Below the pieces are notes generated by a model. That model was not told where the DNA came from, searched no databases, and worked only from the letters and a program-made list of their open reading frames with translations. Below, one piece after another: positions 51,395 through 63,508 of a DNA stretch of 64,000 bases (position 1 is the first letter of the stretch; every line of letters begins with the position of its first letter). A program made the translations under genes and the position numbers. This stretch comes from Eledone cirrhosa. Lineage: Eukaryota. Where the stretch lies: assembly GCA_964016885.1 (NCBI GenBank), contig OZ024741.1, forward strand, positions 208,816,001 to 208,880,000. Reading direction: 5' to 3'.

Positions 51395-53730
51395 CGAAGG
51401 AACCAGATGGACCATAACGCACCAGACTACTCAATACTTAGGGTAGTAGAGTGGGTAATAGGAAAAAGTATGACACCGACGGCAGAGCTCAAGCCGTTTC
51501 GACGGCTATTTCTGGATTAAATTAGAATTTTTAGCCTGGTGAATAAATAGCCGAACTTATATGGGAAGATTGCAGTTGTCAAGAGGATTGGTCAAAATTT
51601 GTTGTAAACACAAATAAGTCTATCATGGCATTTGGTGGGGGCTGAACTTGCCTGTAGAACAAGCGTTGAAAGTGATATGTATACAGCAGATTCTAAGGAT
51701 AGTGTATGAAAAGTCGAAAAAATGGAGGAGGGAAGTTATAGAATAGGTAATTCGAATGAAAGTAGGAGACAATTAAAAATAATAGAAAGAATTATAAAAA
51801 GCTGAGAATGGAAAATACTAAATAAGAAATTGTAGAAGTGGGTAGTGAAAAAATATAAAGCAAACTTTTCAGGGGTCTAACACAGATGATATAAATAGTT
51901 AGTAAAGCGTATTCCGCCAATGCTATCTTACAATTACAGGTTAATAAGTTTTGAATAGATAAACATTTTGAAATTGTAGAAATGGAGTAGTAACAAAAAT
52001 GATACAAGATTACAGGTGTCTAACACATCTGCTATAAATAGTTAGTAAAGCGGATTCGGCCAATTCTATCTTAAAATTAAAGGGGTTCGGGTACTGAGGC
52101 TGCAGAGGCCCGATGGGCTGCATCGGGGTAGGCGAAAGGGGAAAACAGACGGGGAAGAAGATCGGGGGTGGAATGAAGTGATAGGATGAGACAGGGGCCA
52201 GAAGAAAACATAGAGGAAAAGAAAAGAGGTGCATCTACCTGGGGTTTCCCCTAATTTATTCGGCAAGTGGGGGGTATCAGCACTTGTCTACCCACCCGAG
52301 TCGTTATGGGGTTTGAGGGTAAGGTAAGTCCTACGCAATCTGTCTTTGCATGCGGTTACCAGTTCGTCTTTCTTGTTTAGGAGTTGGTCCTTCAAGAAGA
52401 GAACAGCATTTGTAATGTTTCCTCCGAGCATAAGTTACACGGACGGCGTCCTCCGGTGTAAGAGTTAGCTCCAAGTGAGATTGTACGTTATATTATTATC
52501 TTGGAGGTTCCAGATGTGGCCCGAAAGTGTAGTGGCATGTCGCCGGACCGGGTTTCGGAAAGTATGTCGGTGTTGGTAGAGCCGGGTCTTGAAGTCACAA
52601 GCGGTTAATCCTATATAAGCTTTGTTGGAGGTGTCCGTCCTCGCGTTGCACTGGTAGGTTTACGTTACGTTCTCGGCATCTGTTGTTGAGGGGGCATGTA
52701 GCTCTATCAGGGTAGTTACACCTCCTGGTCGGTTCTCCACTGATGTCTAGGTTGTTTCTTCCATAGGGGTTGAGTTTTTTGTTGTTTGAGGAGACGATGT
52801 TTTGTACGAAGTTAGGTGTGGTGCTGTAGGAGAGTTTGATGGTGTTTTTGTTGATTATGTTGTGGTAGCGGTGTTGTAGTGGGGAGTGTTTTTCGAGGAG
52901 CCTAAAGAAGATTTTCCCGATAGGTGTTGCCACCTCGGCGCTGTGGGGAGGATTGAACCACGTTACGTTGCGTGAGTGGCGGTGTCGCCTGCTGGTTCCG
53001 CTAAGGGATCTCCAATACTTTGTTTATTATTGTTCTGGTTTAATACCACACTTATATAAAAACCATGCCTTATGTATTTTCTTCATTTCACCCACTCCGA
53101 TGAAACAGACTGGTTATAAACAAAGTATTGAAGATCGATTGGCGCAAAATCAGGCGTATAGCGAACTCTAGACCTGCCAGATCAAAGAAACAATTGTCAG
53201 CAATGTGAATAAAGCCCTTATTGTATAGCGAACCATGTCAATCTTCTTTCTTGAATTATTATTACTCCAAGTATAAACTACATAAAAATCACCGCGAACT
53301 CACAGCATCACTATTGAAACGTCTTGTTGAGTCAAACTAAGCCACACGTTAATACTATCCACTACAAGAACTACTCCAACTGGACTACAATCCACCGCCG
53401 AATGCAGGAAACATTTCGGTGAGTTTAAATAGTAGCAATAATCCTATAAGATCTGTGACCTCGGCCGAATCCGTCGCGCCCATACTGACGTCGAATGGGG
53501 AGTCGGGAGCTCTCTTTATCCACTTAGAGTTGTCGAAAAGTAGGACTGTCTTCCTCGCGTGGAGAATGATATTTCTTTCCTGCTCAGTGATGGGTGTGAA
53601 TGTTTCGGCAAAGTCAAAGGCGGCCGTAAGGAGCGGTAAGGTAATAGATGCATAGCAACTCTTTATGTCAAACTGGATGAATTTTGTGTCTCGTTTGTCC
53701 TCCATATTCCTGAACCATGAGATTACTTCC
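51393..53730 (-). mobile_element. Decayed Penelope-like element (RT fragment + C-terminal GIY-YIG) ending in (TA)n
   Basis: 53385..53705 encodes FIQFDIKSCYASI..FDVSMGATDSAEV. ~52350-52975 encodes WFNPPHS..IGKIF..NTIKLSYS and YIGLT..FKTRLYQH. The 3' UTR carries a hammerhead-like 3' half at ~51476-51575. Confidence 0.85.
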
Positions 53731-54040
53731 TAATCAGACATGCAGACAGCCAGACATACAGAGACATATTATAAGGGCGCGACGTCATAGCTATGTATCT
53801 ATCTAAAAAGACAGACTAAGAAAAAGTGAGGAATGTCGTATAACCGGAAGTGTTGACATTTGAAATTTTAAAGAAGTGAATATTTAAATAAAGTCTTTAA
53901 TCTTTTAACAGAATTCAGTAGACAAAAATGCCCTCACTTTCTTACTTGGAAAAAGTTACATCTATGATGCAAATTTGGTGCTGTTTGGTCCAGCTGTTTG
54001 GAGAAAAGTTTGTTACATACGGTGGTCAGCTTTATATTAT
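53731..54040 (-). mobile_element. Helitron-like non-autonomous fragment
   Basis: Minus strand starts TAATATAAAGCTG..GTATGTAAC and contains a (GTCT)-type tract. The same end recurs at ~59101-59140. Confidence 0.45.
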
Positions 54041-54054
54041 ATATATATATATAT

Positions 54055-55320
54055 ATAATAACTAGAGATTAATTAACATATACATATACATGAATAATCA
54101 CAGGAGATAATTTTTGCTCGCGTGTAACCACGCATAGCTAGTATAGGTAATATTTACATTTAAGAGTGATTAACCTTTCCTTGTATATATCCGATTAAAG
54201 AAATATATTTCACCAATTAATCAGATGGTAAGTCACGGAAAGTGGATATTATTGGATTGTCAACAAGGAAAGTAATAATTTCCAGCTATTCGTCCTTACA
54301 GAGTGAGTTCAAATCTTCAACTAGCCGTCACCACGTGTTGCGTCCACACAAGATAGCGGTTTCGTTTCAGTGGCGTGAATAGGTATTCGACAACTAGAAA
54401 TAGCAGTCAAATTCTCTTCAACAGAAATAGCTCTACAATTAAGGAGCCGTATATATATATCTAAGTCCAAAATTAAGATAAAATGAATTAAATGAATTTA
54501 ATCTAAATCGAAATCATGGGTGTCATGACATAATGCATGCGCCATATATCCTGGGAATTTAAGCTCAAAGATAAATAAATCCGAGCATATTATAATAACT
54601 AGAGATTGATTGACATATAAATATACATGAATAATCACAGATCATTTTTGCTCGCGTGTAACCACGCATAGCTAGTATAGGTAATATTTACATTTAAGAG
54701 TGATTAACCTTTCCTTGTATATATCCCATTAAAGAAATATATTTCACCAATTAATCAGATGGTAAGTCACGGAAAGTGGATATTATTGGATTGTCAACAA
54801 GGAAGTAATAATTTCCAGCTATTCGTGCTTACAGAGTGAGTTCAAATCTTCAACTAGCCGTCACCACGTGTTGCGTCCACACAAGATAGCGGTTTCGTTT
54901 CAGTGGCGTGAATAGGTATTCGACAACTAGAAATAGCAGTCAAATTCTTTTCAACAGAAATAGCTCTAAAATTAAGGAGCCGTATATATATATATCTAAG
55001 TACAAAATTAAGATAAAATGAATTAAATGAATGGTGACGGCTAGTTGAAGATTTGAACTCACTCTGTAAGCACGAATAGCTGGAAATTATTACTTTCCTT
55101 GTTGACAATCCAATAATATCCACTTTCCGTGACTTACCATCTGATTAATTGGTGAAATATATTTCTTTAATGGGATATATACAAGGAAAGGTTAATCACT
55201 CTTAAAGGTAAATATTACCTATTCTAGCTATGCGTGGTTACACGCGAGCAAAAATTATCTCCTGTGATTATTCATGTATATTTATATGTTAATCAATCTC
55301 TCGTTATTATAATATGCCCG
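54055..55320. mobile_element. Tandem (~535-bp unit) plus inverted repeat element with three hammerheads
   Basis: 54055-54497 is repeated at ~54593-55032. 55033-55320 is the reverse complement of the first ~290 bp of the unit. Confidence 0.9.
55093..55190 (+). ncRNA. Type I hammerhead, U3-A8 variant (copies on minus strand at 54175-54272 and 54709-54805)
   Basis: CTTTCCTTG-TTGACAA-TCCAAT...ATTGGT-GAAA-TATATTTC TTTAAT GGGATATA-TA-CAAGGAAAG; 9-bp stem I and 8-bp stem III. Confidence 0.78.
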
Positions 55321-57874
55321 GTGGTGGAGAGAGAGAGAGAGATGTAAGTGGGTGTACGTTGAGATGCGTGGCGTGTATAAGACGTGTAGAGGAATGAAGG
55401 AAGAGTATAAATGATAAAATAAAATAAAATAACAACACGAGAGAGAGTTACCTTGGGAGAGATTTAATTGTCCTTATATATTTCGGATTCACATCCATCA
55501 ACTGGGGGTTTTTCCGGGGTGGGGGAAAGGTTGTCTGTCGGAAAGGTGCGAAACGCGTCCTCCGCTGTTCGTTGTTTTCAATATCTGAGGTATTCAGCAG
55601 AGCGCGCGTGCGCGTGAAATGGGGTCGGTCGTTGAGAGGTCAGCGGCCGAAGTAGTTCTTTCAATTGTGGGAGTGGGGTGGCGCTAGCTGTCAGTCCATT
55701 CTCTGCCTGTTTGTTAAATGTTACTGTCTGTGTGTGTGGGTGTGTTGTTGTCTCGCTTGAGTGTGTGTGCGTGTGTTGTTGCCTTGTTCCTCTGTATTGG
55801 CAGTGTGGTATGTTCGTATGGTGATGCTACTGTGTGTGTGTGTGTGTGCGTGTGTGTTGTCTCGCTTGTGTGTGTGTGTGTGCGTGTGTTTCTGCTTCGT
55901 TTGTTAACTTAAACCAGCCACCTCATTTCGCTTCTATCGGATCGATTGTTTATTTGCGGCTCTAGGCGTTTGATAAAAAGTGCTTCTTGATACGTAACAT
56001 GCCGACGTTTCTTTCAGTCACAAGAATTGTGACTATGGGCCTTCTGTCTTTGTTTCCGCATTTGTCTATGTGTTTCCGGAAAGACGAGGCCCTGATTTTA
56101 GTGTGTTCCTTGATCCGGATGTGCAAAGGTCGGATTGTGCTACCTATATAGTATTGGTTGCACTTGTTGCATTCTATCTTATACACGACGTATGTGCGTA
56201 GGCAACAGTTCGCATGGCGTATCGGGCAGTCTCTGAGGGAGCACGCGTCAGTTGATCTCCCGGGTTTCTTGGAGAGGCATCTTCGCAGGGAGGGGCCCGG
56301 GAGCGCCAGGTGGATGTCGAGGCCCTCCCTCCGTATAGCCTTGCGGATAGCGTTGGTGGTATTCTCGCCCAGGTGTGGCATTTTAAGGAAGTACTTGCCT
56401 TGGGTGCCTCTCTGTCTCTTATATCTAGTGTCTCCTACTCTGTCTGTGAGCGAGGTAGGGTACCCGTTCGTCTCCAGCACCTCGAGGAATTGCTTGGTAT
56501 GAGTGACACCACTCGCGCATCGCTGCATCTGCTTTTGATTCGCGCGATCTCATTCGTGATGTATCCTCTTTTGGCACTGTTAGGGAGAGCGGACTTGTAG
56601 TGAACGAACAGGTCCCTGCAGGCTGCCTTTCGGTAGAAGTTGCAGTGGATCCTTCCCTGTTCCGTGATGTTGATTCGGAAGTCGAGGAGGGCAAGTGACC
56701 CGTCTTCGTTGGGGTGTTCAACACTGAAGTCAATGTTCTCGTCCGTGTTGTTGAACGTCTCATAGATTCTGTTCGCCGTGTCTTGGGAAGATGTGAGGAT
56801 GAGGATATCGTCCACGTACCTTGAGAAAAAGGCGACGGCGTTGGGGTGGCAGGCGTTGAGTGCCTTGCGCTCGAGGTTGTCCATGTAAGAGATCGCTAGC
56901 ACACCCGATAGGCTTGATCCCATGGGCAATCCCGAGGTTTGTTAGTATGTTTGGTCAAGGAATCCGAAGTAGGTGTTGTCGACGACGATGGATAGGAGTT
57001 GGTGGATGCCAGTGCTGGTGAGCCCGAAGCAGTGTAGGTCGGTGGATTGACGCGTTCCATCTGTATATTGACGGCCGGAAGTGCCGGGACCGAGGTGTAG
57101 AGAGCGACTACATCAAGGCTGAAGGCATATCTGTTATTCCTTCTGGTGTCGGGATCCATTTGATGCAGGCGCTTCAACACCTCCTCGGAGCTGTTAACGT
57201 GTCCCGGCAAGGTGTCTAAGATGGGCTTGAGTATTCTGGCTAGGAGCCATGAAATTTTGTAGAGTGGTCTTTCCACGCTTGATACAATGGGCCTGATCTT
57301 CAAGTCGGGTCCCTGTTTGTGTGTTTTCATGAGGTGGTAGAAGGCGGGTAGTCTGCTGTTCCTCGTGAGGAGGTTGTATCTCAGCTTCTTCGGGAGCTTC
57401 CGACGGTCGCAGATGTTGGTCCAGGCGGCGTTGATGTGCTCTTCTATCTGGGCGGGAGTGATTCCCGTGACCTTGGAGTAGAGGCTGTCATTGTCAAGGT
57501 GTTGGAGGGCCAGGGTGTTGTTGACCTCTCCCACAATTGAACTACTTCGGCTGCTGACCTCTCAACGACCGACCCCATTTCACGCGCATGCACGCTCTGA
57601 TGAATACCTCAGATATTCAAAACAACGAACAGCGGAGGACGCGTTTCGCACCTTTCCGACAGACAACCTTTCCCGCACCCCGGAAAAACCCCCAGTTGAT
57701 GGATGTGAATCCGAAATATATAAGGACAATTAAATCTCTCCCAAGGTAACTCTCTCTCGTGTTGTTATTTTATTTTATTTTATCATTTATGCGCTTTCTT
57801 TCATTCCTCTACACGTCTTATACACGCCACGCATCTCAACGTACACCCACTTACATCTCTCTCTCCACCACCGG
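55318..57874 (-). mobile_element. 5'-truncated Penelope-like element with inverted pseudo-LTR
   Basis: RT motifs FSLDVVALYTSVP, PMGSSLSG, RYVDD and LLDFRI; GIY-YIG VVYKIECNKCNQYYIGST..RIKEH. ~350-bp terminal repeats at 55318-55673 and 57528-57874 are in inverted orientation. Confidence 0.92.
55962..57534 (-). pseudogene. PLE RT + GIY-YIG endonuclease ORF, frameshifted
   Basis: ORFs 56896..57534, 56435..56929 and 55962..56528 are consecutive pieces of one protein. Confidence 0.9.
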
Positions 57875-57938
57875 ATCTTGTTACCCGGAGATTTACCCAT
57901 TTGCATTGTCGAGGCTTCCAAACGATATAAGAAATTTA

Positions 57939-57990
<52 letters not shown>

Positions 57991-58161
57991 TTCAAGAGTA
58001 ACCAATCTTAAAGAGAGAGATGGAGATAGGAGAAGAGAGATAGAGGAGAGATTGGTGAATTAGTTAGAAGCCAAAGCGTAAAGGCATGTGCTCAACGTGC
58101 AATGCAGTGGAAGGCAGCTAAGTGGCTGGGTTCATGCAGAGATAGGTGCACAGAGCTGGAA

Positions 58162-58819
58162 ATATTCATTAGTTAAGCAAAATAAGACCACAGATTTCAC
58201 AAGGAAGACATTATTAAAAGATTGTCAACATATTTTAGTTTGATGTAAGGAATGTCGAGAATAATAATAATAATATTAATAATAATAATGTCCGTTTACA
58301 ATTGTTTCGCTACACCATATAGTATTTCTGGATCAAATGATTATATATCATTATTGATGTGGTTCAGTTGAAAATAATTAACATAGGTAGAAAGAGAGCA
58401 GCTCATCGGAACTTCAAAAGGAATATAAATTAAAATAAAAAGAATGTTACATAAATGTAATGTTCCATATGTTGGTATTTCACTATGGTATTTCAATTGC
58501 CTGCCATAGTGGAGCAGTATTCTTCTGTCGAGGCTGCATTGTGTGAGATCTGCCTATGGGTGAAATTCCTTTTGAAGTTCCGATGAGCTGCTCTATTTCT
58601 ACCTATGTTAATTATTTTGAACTGAACCAGATCAATAATGATATATAATCATTTGATCCAGAAATATAATATGGAGTAGCGAAATAATTGTAAACGGACA
58701 TTATTATTATTACTTTATTATTATTATTCTCGACATTCCTTACATCAAACTAAAATATATTGACAATCTTTTAATAATGTCTCCCTTGTGAAATATGTGG
58801 TCTTGTTTTGCTTAACTAA

Positions 58820-58826
<7 letters not shown>
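58162..58826. mobile_element. Fold-back element (~260-bp diverged arms, ~140-bp spacer) abutting (TA)n
   Basis: 58162-58424 is an imperfect reverse complement of 58565-58826. Confidence 0.9.
58577..58695 (+). ncRNA. Hammerhead-like motif with CCGAUGA core and long stem II (mirror at 58294-58412, minus strand)
   Basis: GTT-CCGATGA-GCTGCTC...GAGTAGC-GAAA-(C/T)AATTG-TA-AAC; stem I is only 3 bp. Confidence 0.55.
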
Positions 58827-58880
<54 letters not shown>

Positions 58881-58916
58881 GTAAATCCAAACAATCATTA
58901 GATAAAATATATAAAT

Positions 58917-58970
<54 letters not shown>

Positions 58971-58983
58971 CATATATATATAT

Positions 58984-59024
<41 letters not shown>

Positions 59025-59353
59025 TATTATATATATATATATACATATATACATATATACACACACATATATATATTTATATATATATATATATATAAAT
59101 GTCGAAAAGTTTGTTACATACATACGGCCGTCAGCTTATATATATATGTGTGTGTATGTGTATGTATATATATATATATACATATATATATACATATATA
59201 TATATTGTATATATATATATATATATTTATATACATATATATATATACATATATATATACATATATATATATTGTATATATATATTTATATACATATATA
59301 TATATATAAATTATTATATATATACATATATACACACACACATATATATATAT

Positions 59354-59561
59354 AGTAATAATAATAAATTTGAAGACTAAAATCCAAAGCGGGCTCGATA
59401 AGGATAAATATATATCAAATATATAAGAACTGTAGAGCAAATATTTATTAAAATAACAGATTAAAGTTTAAGCAGAGAATCGCTGCTTTCACCCTTAACG
59501 GGATCTTCAGAAGATCCCGTTGAGGGTGAAAGCAGCGATTCTTTGCTTAAACTTTAATCTG

Positions 59562-59570
<9 letters not shown>
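59354..59570. mobile_element. Short fold-back element centred on a hammerhead core (relative at 62392-62597)
   Basis: ~59451-59508 and 59510-59569 are inverted. Minus strand reads CTGAAGA-TCCC GTTAA GGGT-GAAA-GCA..TGC-TT, with the 5' strand of stem I lost at the inversion point. Confidence 0.7.
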
Positions 59571-59597
<27 letters not shown>

Positions 59598-60067
59598 TAT
59601 TTTCCGTTGTGTTGCAATATATATATTACACACAGTAGATTATCAGCTCACGTAGAGTTTGCTCGACGGTTCCAGTTGTAGTTCCAAAAGTAATCCGGAG
59701 AAAAATAGAAAGATTTGAATGGATACAGTTTAGTTGAAAGAAATTTATTGACACGTGTTTCTATAACAGTTACATAACCTAAAACAGCTATCTACAAACT
59801 TTTAGTTATGCAGACATTCAATATTTCAATGTTATTATTTACTGTCATTTCATCAGAATAATATTACTGAGGACCTATTTAGTTTTTATAGAGAATATTA
59901 GGAGGGAGGGGTGAAGTTGTTAGAAGAATAGTTGAAGGAGTGGTTTTTCGATAGCAGTGAGAATTCTTGGTGGCAGTGAGTAATTAGATTCCCATCTGTT
60001 GTTTTGACATTTTTTATAGAATATATTATTGGTTATTTTTCTAAATCTATAGAAGGATTAGAGATAT

Positions 60068-61398
60068 ATATAAATAAATGTAAATCCAAACAATAATTAG
60101 ATAAAATATATACAGTATTTCCTCTCCCAATCAGTATAAATTAACCACACAAAAAAACATTTAAATGAGGCTATAAGTTTAAAATGGATTTATGAAGAAA
60201 TCATAGATAAATGATATAGATACTTTTCCGCGATGTACAGCTACATGACATTTAGCTAGTATTTCTCCTAGCCTGTAGAAATTGACTAGACATATAGGTT
60301 ACACAGAATGAAGCTAGAAGAAAAAATGCACATAAATATTACCAAAATTCTCAGTCTCTACCACAGGCGGTTTCGTTCCACGTTTTGGTTATATCCGGTC
60401 TTGGATAAATCCACGAGGCTCGGAACACATCAGGAGATATCTCAGACTGGACTAAGATTCTTCTACTATGATCCCCGCCAGAAATGAATTCAAAATGGCT
60501 AAGGACCATCACGTGGCCAGTGGTCAAGGCAGAAAGTTTGTGATTGGTGCCTGTCGGCGAGTAGGCTGGTTGCTAGAAAGCGCAGCCGAGTACTGCCTAA
60601 AGTTTTACTCAACCTTACGGGAGTATATATTACATTCAAAGGGTATATATATAAATTAGACAAATTCACAAATACATATATGCGTTTGGCAACCATTCAC
60701 GGTGTGGCTCAATGAAGAATCCCGTAAGATTGAGTAAAACTTTAGGCAGTATTCGGCTGCGCTTTCTAGCAACCAGCCTACTCGCCGACAGGCCCCAATC
60801 ACAAACTTTCTGCCTTGACCACAGGCCACGTGATGGTTCTTAGCCATTTTGAATTCATTTCTGGCGGGGATCATGGTAGAAGAATCTTAGTCCAGTCTGA
60901 GCTATCTCCTGATGAGTTCCAGGCCTCGCGAATTTATCCAAGACCGGATATATCCAAAAAGTGGAACCAAACCGCCGGTTTGACTGAGAATTTTGGTAAA
61001 ATTTAGGTGCATTTTTTCTTCTAACTTCAATTTTGTACCTAATTCTCTGTAGTTAACTATATGTCTAGTCAATTTCTACAGGCTAGGAGAAATACTAGGT
61101 AGATGTCATGTAGCTGTACATCGCTGAAAAGTATCTATATCATTTATCTATGATTTCTTCATAAGTATATTTTAAACTTATAGCCTCGTTTAAATGATTT
61201 TTTGTGTAGTTAATTTATACTGATTGGGAGAGGAGATACTGTATATATTTTATCTAATGATTCTTTGGACTTACATTTTTATAAATTGCTCTGATAAATA
61301 ATTATTTAATTAATTCTTCATTGAGCCACACCGTGAATGGTTGCCAAACGCATATATGTTTTTGTGACTTTGTCTATATATATATATATACCCTTTGA

Positions 61399-61402
<4 letters not shown>
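60068..61402. mobile_element. Large fold-back element (~550-bp diverged arms); the spacer is repeated inverted at ~61313-61402
   Basis: 60068-60621 is an imperfect reverse complement of 60721-61283. Mirror ORFs at 60468..60659 (+) and 60656..60874 (-). Confidence 0.9.
60355..60437 (-). ncRNA. Type I hammerhead, one core mutation per arm (mirror at 60905-60983, plus strand)
   Basis: Consensus of the two arms is TCTC-CTGATGA-GTTCC...GGAAC-GAAA-CCGC CT GTGG-TA-GAGA. The left arm has CTGATGT and the right arm has CAAA. Confidence 0.7.
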
Positions 61403-61445
<43 letters not shown>

Positions 61446-61449
<4 letters not shown>

Positions 61450-61651
61450 AACCAGTAAGACCCCGACAGCTGAGCTCAAGCCGTTTCGACGGCTAATTCT
61501 GGACTCAGAATTAGCGTCCAGAATTAGCCGTCGAAACGGCTTGAGCTCAGCTGTCGGGGTCTTACTGGTTCCTATTACCCACTCTACTACCTCAAGTATT
61601 GAGTACTTTGGTGCGTTATGGTCCACCTGGTTCCTTACCACATTTCCTTCG

Positions 61652-61652
<1 letters not shown>
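61446..61652 (+). mobile_element. 3' terminal fragment of the 51393 PLE family with an inverted 5' arm
   Basis: 61517-61652 matches the reverse complement of 51393-51516. 61446-61503 is its inversion. Contains GAAA-CGGC..GCTG-TC (hammerhead 3' half). Confidence 0.8.
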
Positions 61653-61730
<78 letters not shown>

Positions 61731-62359
61731 TTACCCTAAATAGCAACTACACAGCCATTTCTATTCTCCATATATTTCATCATGTTTTTCGATGTGACCA
61801 TTCTACTCTCCCCTTCTACCTTCCTATTTCACCAAATTTCTACTCTCACCCCTTTCTTCCTATCTACTCTTACCCCACTTTCTTCCTCTCCCTTTCTCCC
61901 TCTCACTTTCACCCCCTTGTCTGACCATTTAGCAGTTCTCTTCTCACTTACAACTGAGGCGATGGGACGTGTGTCATTTCTCTCGATTACTCAGTCTCGA
62001 ACTTAAGTTCTTTTATCGAGTGGTCTTGGATTTTCCTACCTATAGTTGCTCGCACATTGCTCGGTTTGTGGGGTTTTTCGCTGTTTTGTTACTGTTTCTC
62101 TTTTCTTCCGCTTTGCTTTCCTTCACTCCTTCCTTCATTTTCCCAATAACTTATCCAGTTATTGACGCCCTGGGGTGAAGTGGTATCTTGTCTTTAAAGC
62201 GTAGAAATAGCCTAGACCCCCAGTAGACAACTGATGATGAAAACTACCCCCTTCCCCGCTGTTCTTGCTTTCTTCGTATTGCCACTGCATTTTAAGTTAC
62301 CTTAAATAGCAACTACACAGCCATTTCTATTCTCCACATATTTCATTATATATATAATA

Positions 62360-62394
<35 letters not shown>

Positions 62395-62592
62395 TTATTA
62401 AAATAACAGATTAAAGTTTAAGCAAAGAATTGCTGCTTTCAGAAGATCCCGTTAAGGGTGAAAGCAGCGATTCTTTGCTTAAACTTTAATCTGTTATTTT
62501 AATAAATATTTGGTCTACGGTTCTTATATATTTGATATATATTTATCCTTATCGAGCCCTCTTTGGATTTTATTCTTCAAATTTATTATTAT

Positions 62593-62633
<41 letters not shown>

Positions 62634-62779
62634 TGTGTGTTTGTGTGTATGTATGTATGCATGTATGTAAGCATGCATGTATGTCTATATGAGAAAGAGG
62701 AAAAGGAACATATACGAAAAAATACAACAAACATCATATATAGAGCTTATCACTCATTCAACTATAGATCCGTTGAAAT

Positions 62780-63030
<251 letters not shown>

Positions 63031-63342
63031 GAGTGAGACAAACAGAGAAAGAGAAAGAGACAGAGACAGACAAACAGAGAACGAGAGAAATAGACATAGG
63101 TAGATAGTGGTAGCGAAGATGTGAATGAGATGAGAAGAGATGAAAACCAAACGTTGTCTGGAGGAGATGAGAAGCCATGTTCGTTGAAATCTCACGTAAT
63201 TGTCATAACAGAAATCATACAACTACGTCTGTGTAATGTTGGAGTGTATGGTGGGGGGAATGATGCCGTTAGCAGGAAGTTGTGTAGTGAGGGGTTAAGC
63301 TTGGGCGACTGTAGACATGGCGGTGGATGTAGGGTCAATGGG

Positions 63343-63508
63343 GAAGAAGAAGAAGAAGAAAAAGAAGAAGAAGAAGAAGAAGAAGAACAACAACAACAAC
63401 AACAACAACAACAAGAACAACAACAACAACAACAACACAACAACTACATTAACAACACAACAACAACAACAACTACATTAACAACAACAACAACAGCAAC
63501 AACAACAA
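63343..63508. repeat. (GAA)n(CAA)n trinucleotide repeat
   Basis: Read directly from the sequence. Confidence 0.95.

Noticed and set aside
59814-59862. Minus-strand CTGATGA-AATG...CATT-GAAA
   Set aside because: Core and stem II are present, but there is no valid stem III/NUH geometry. Possibly decayed, so it was not counted.
62231-62243. CTGATGA followed by GAAA
   Set aside because: Only 1 nt lies between the motifs, so no stem II, and there is no stem I; not a hammerhead.
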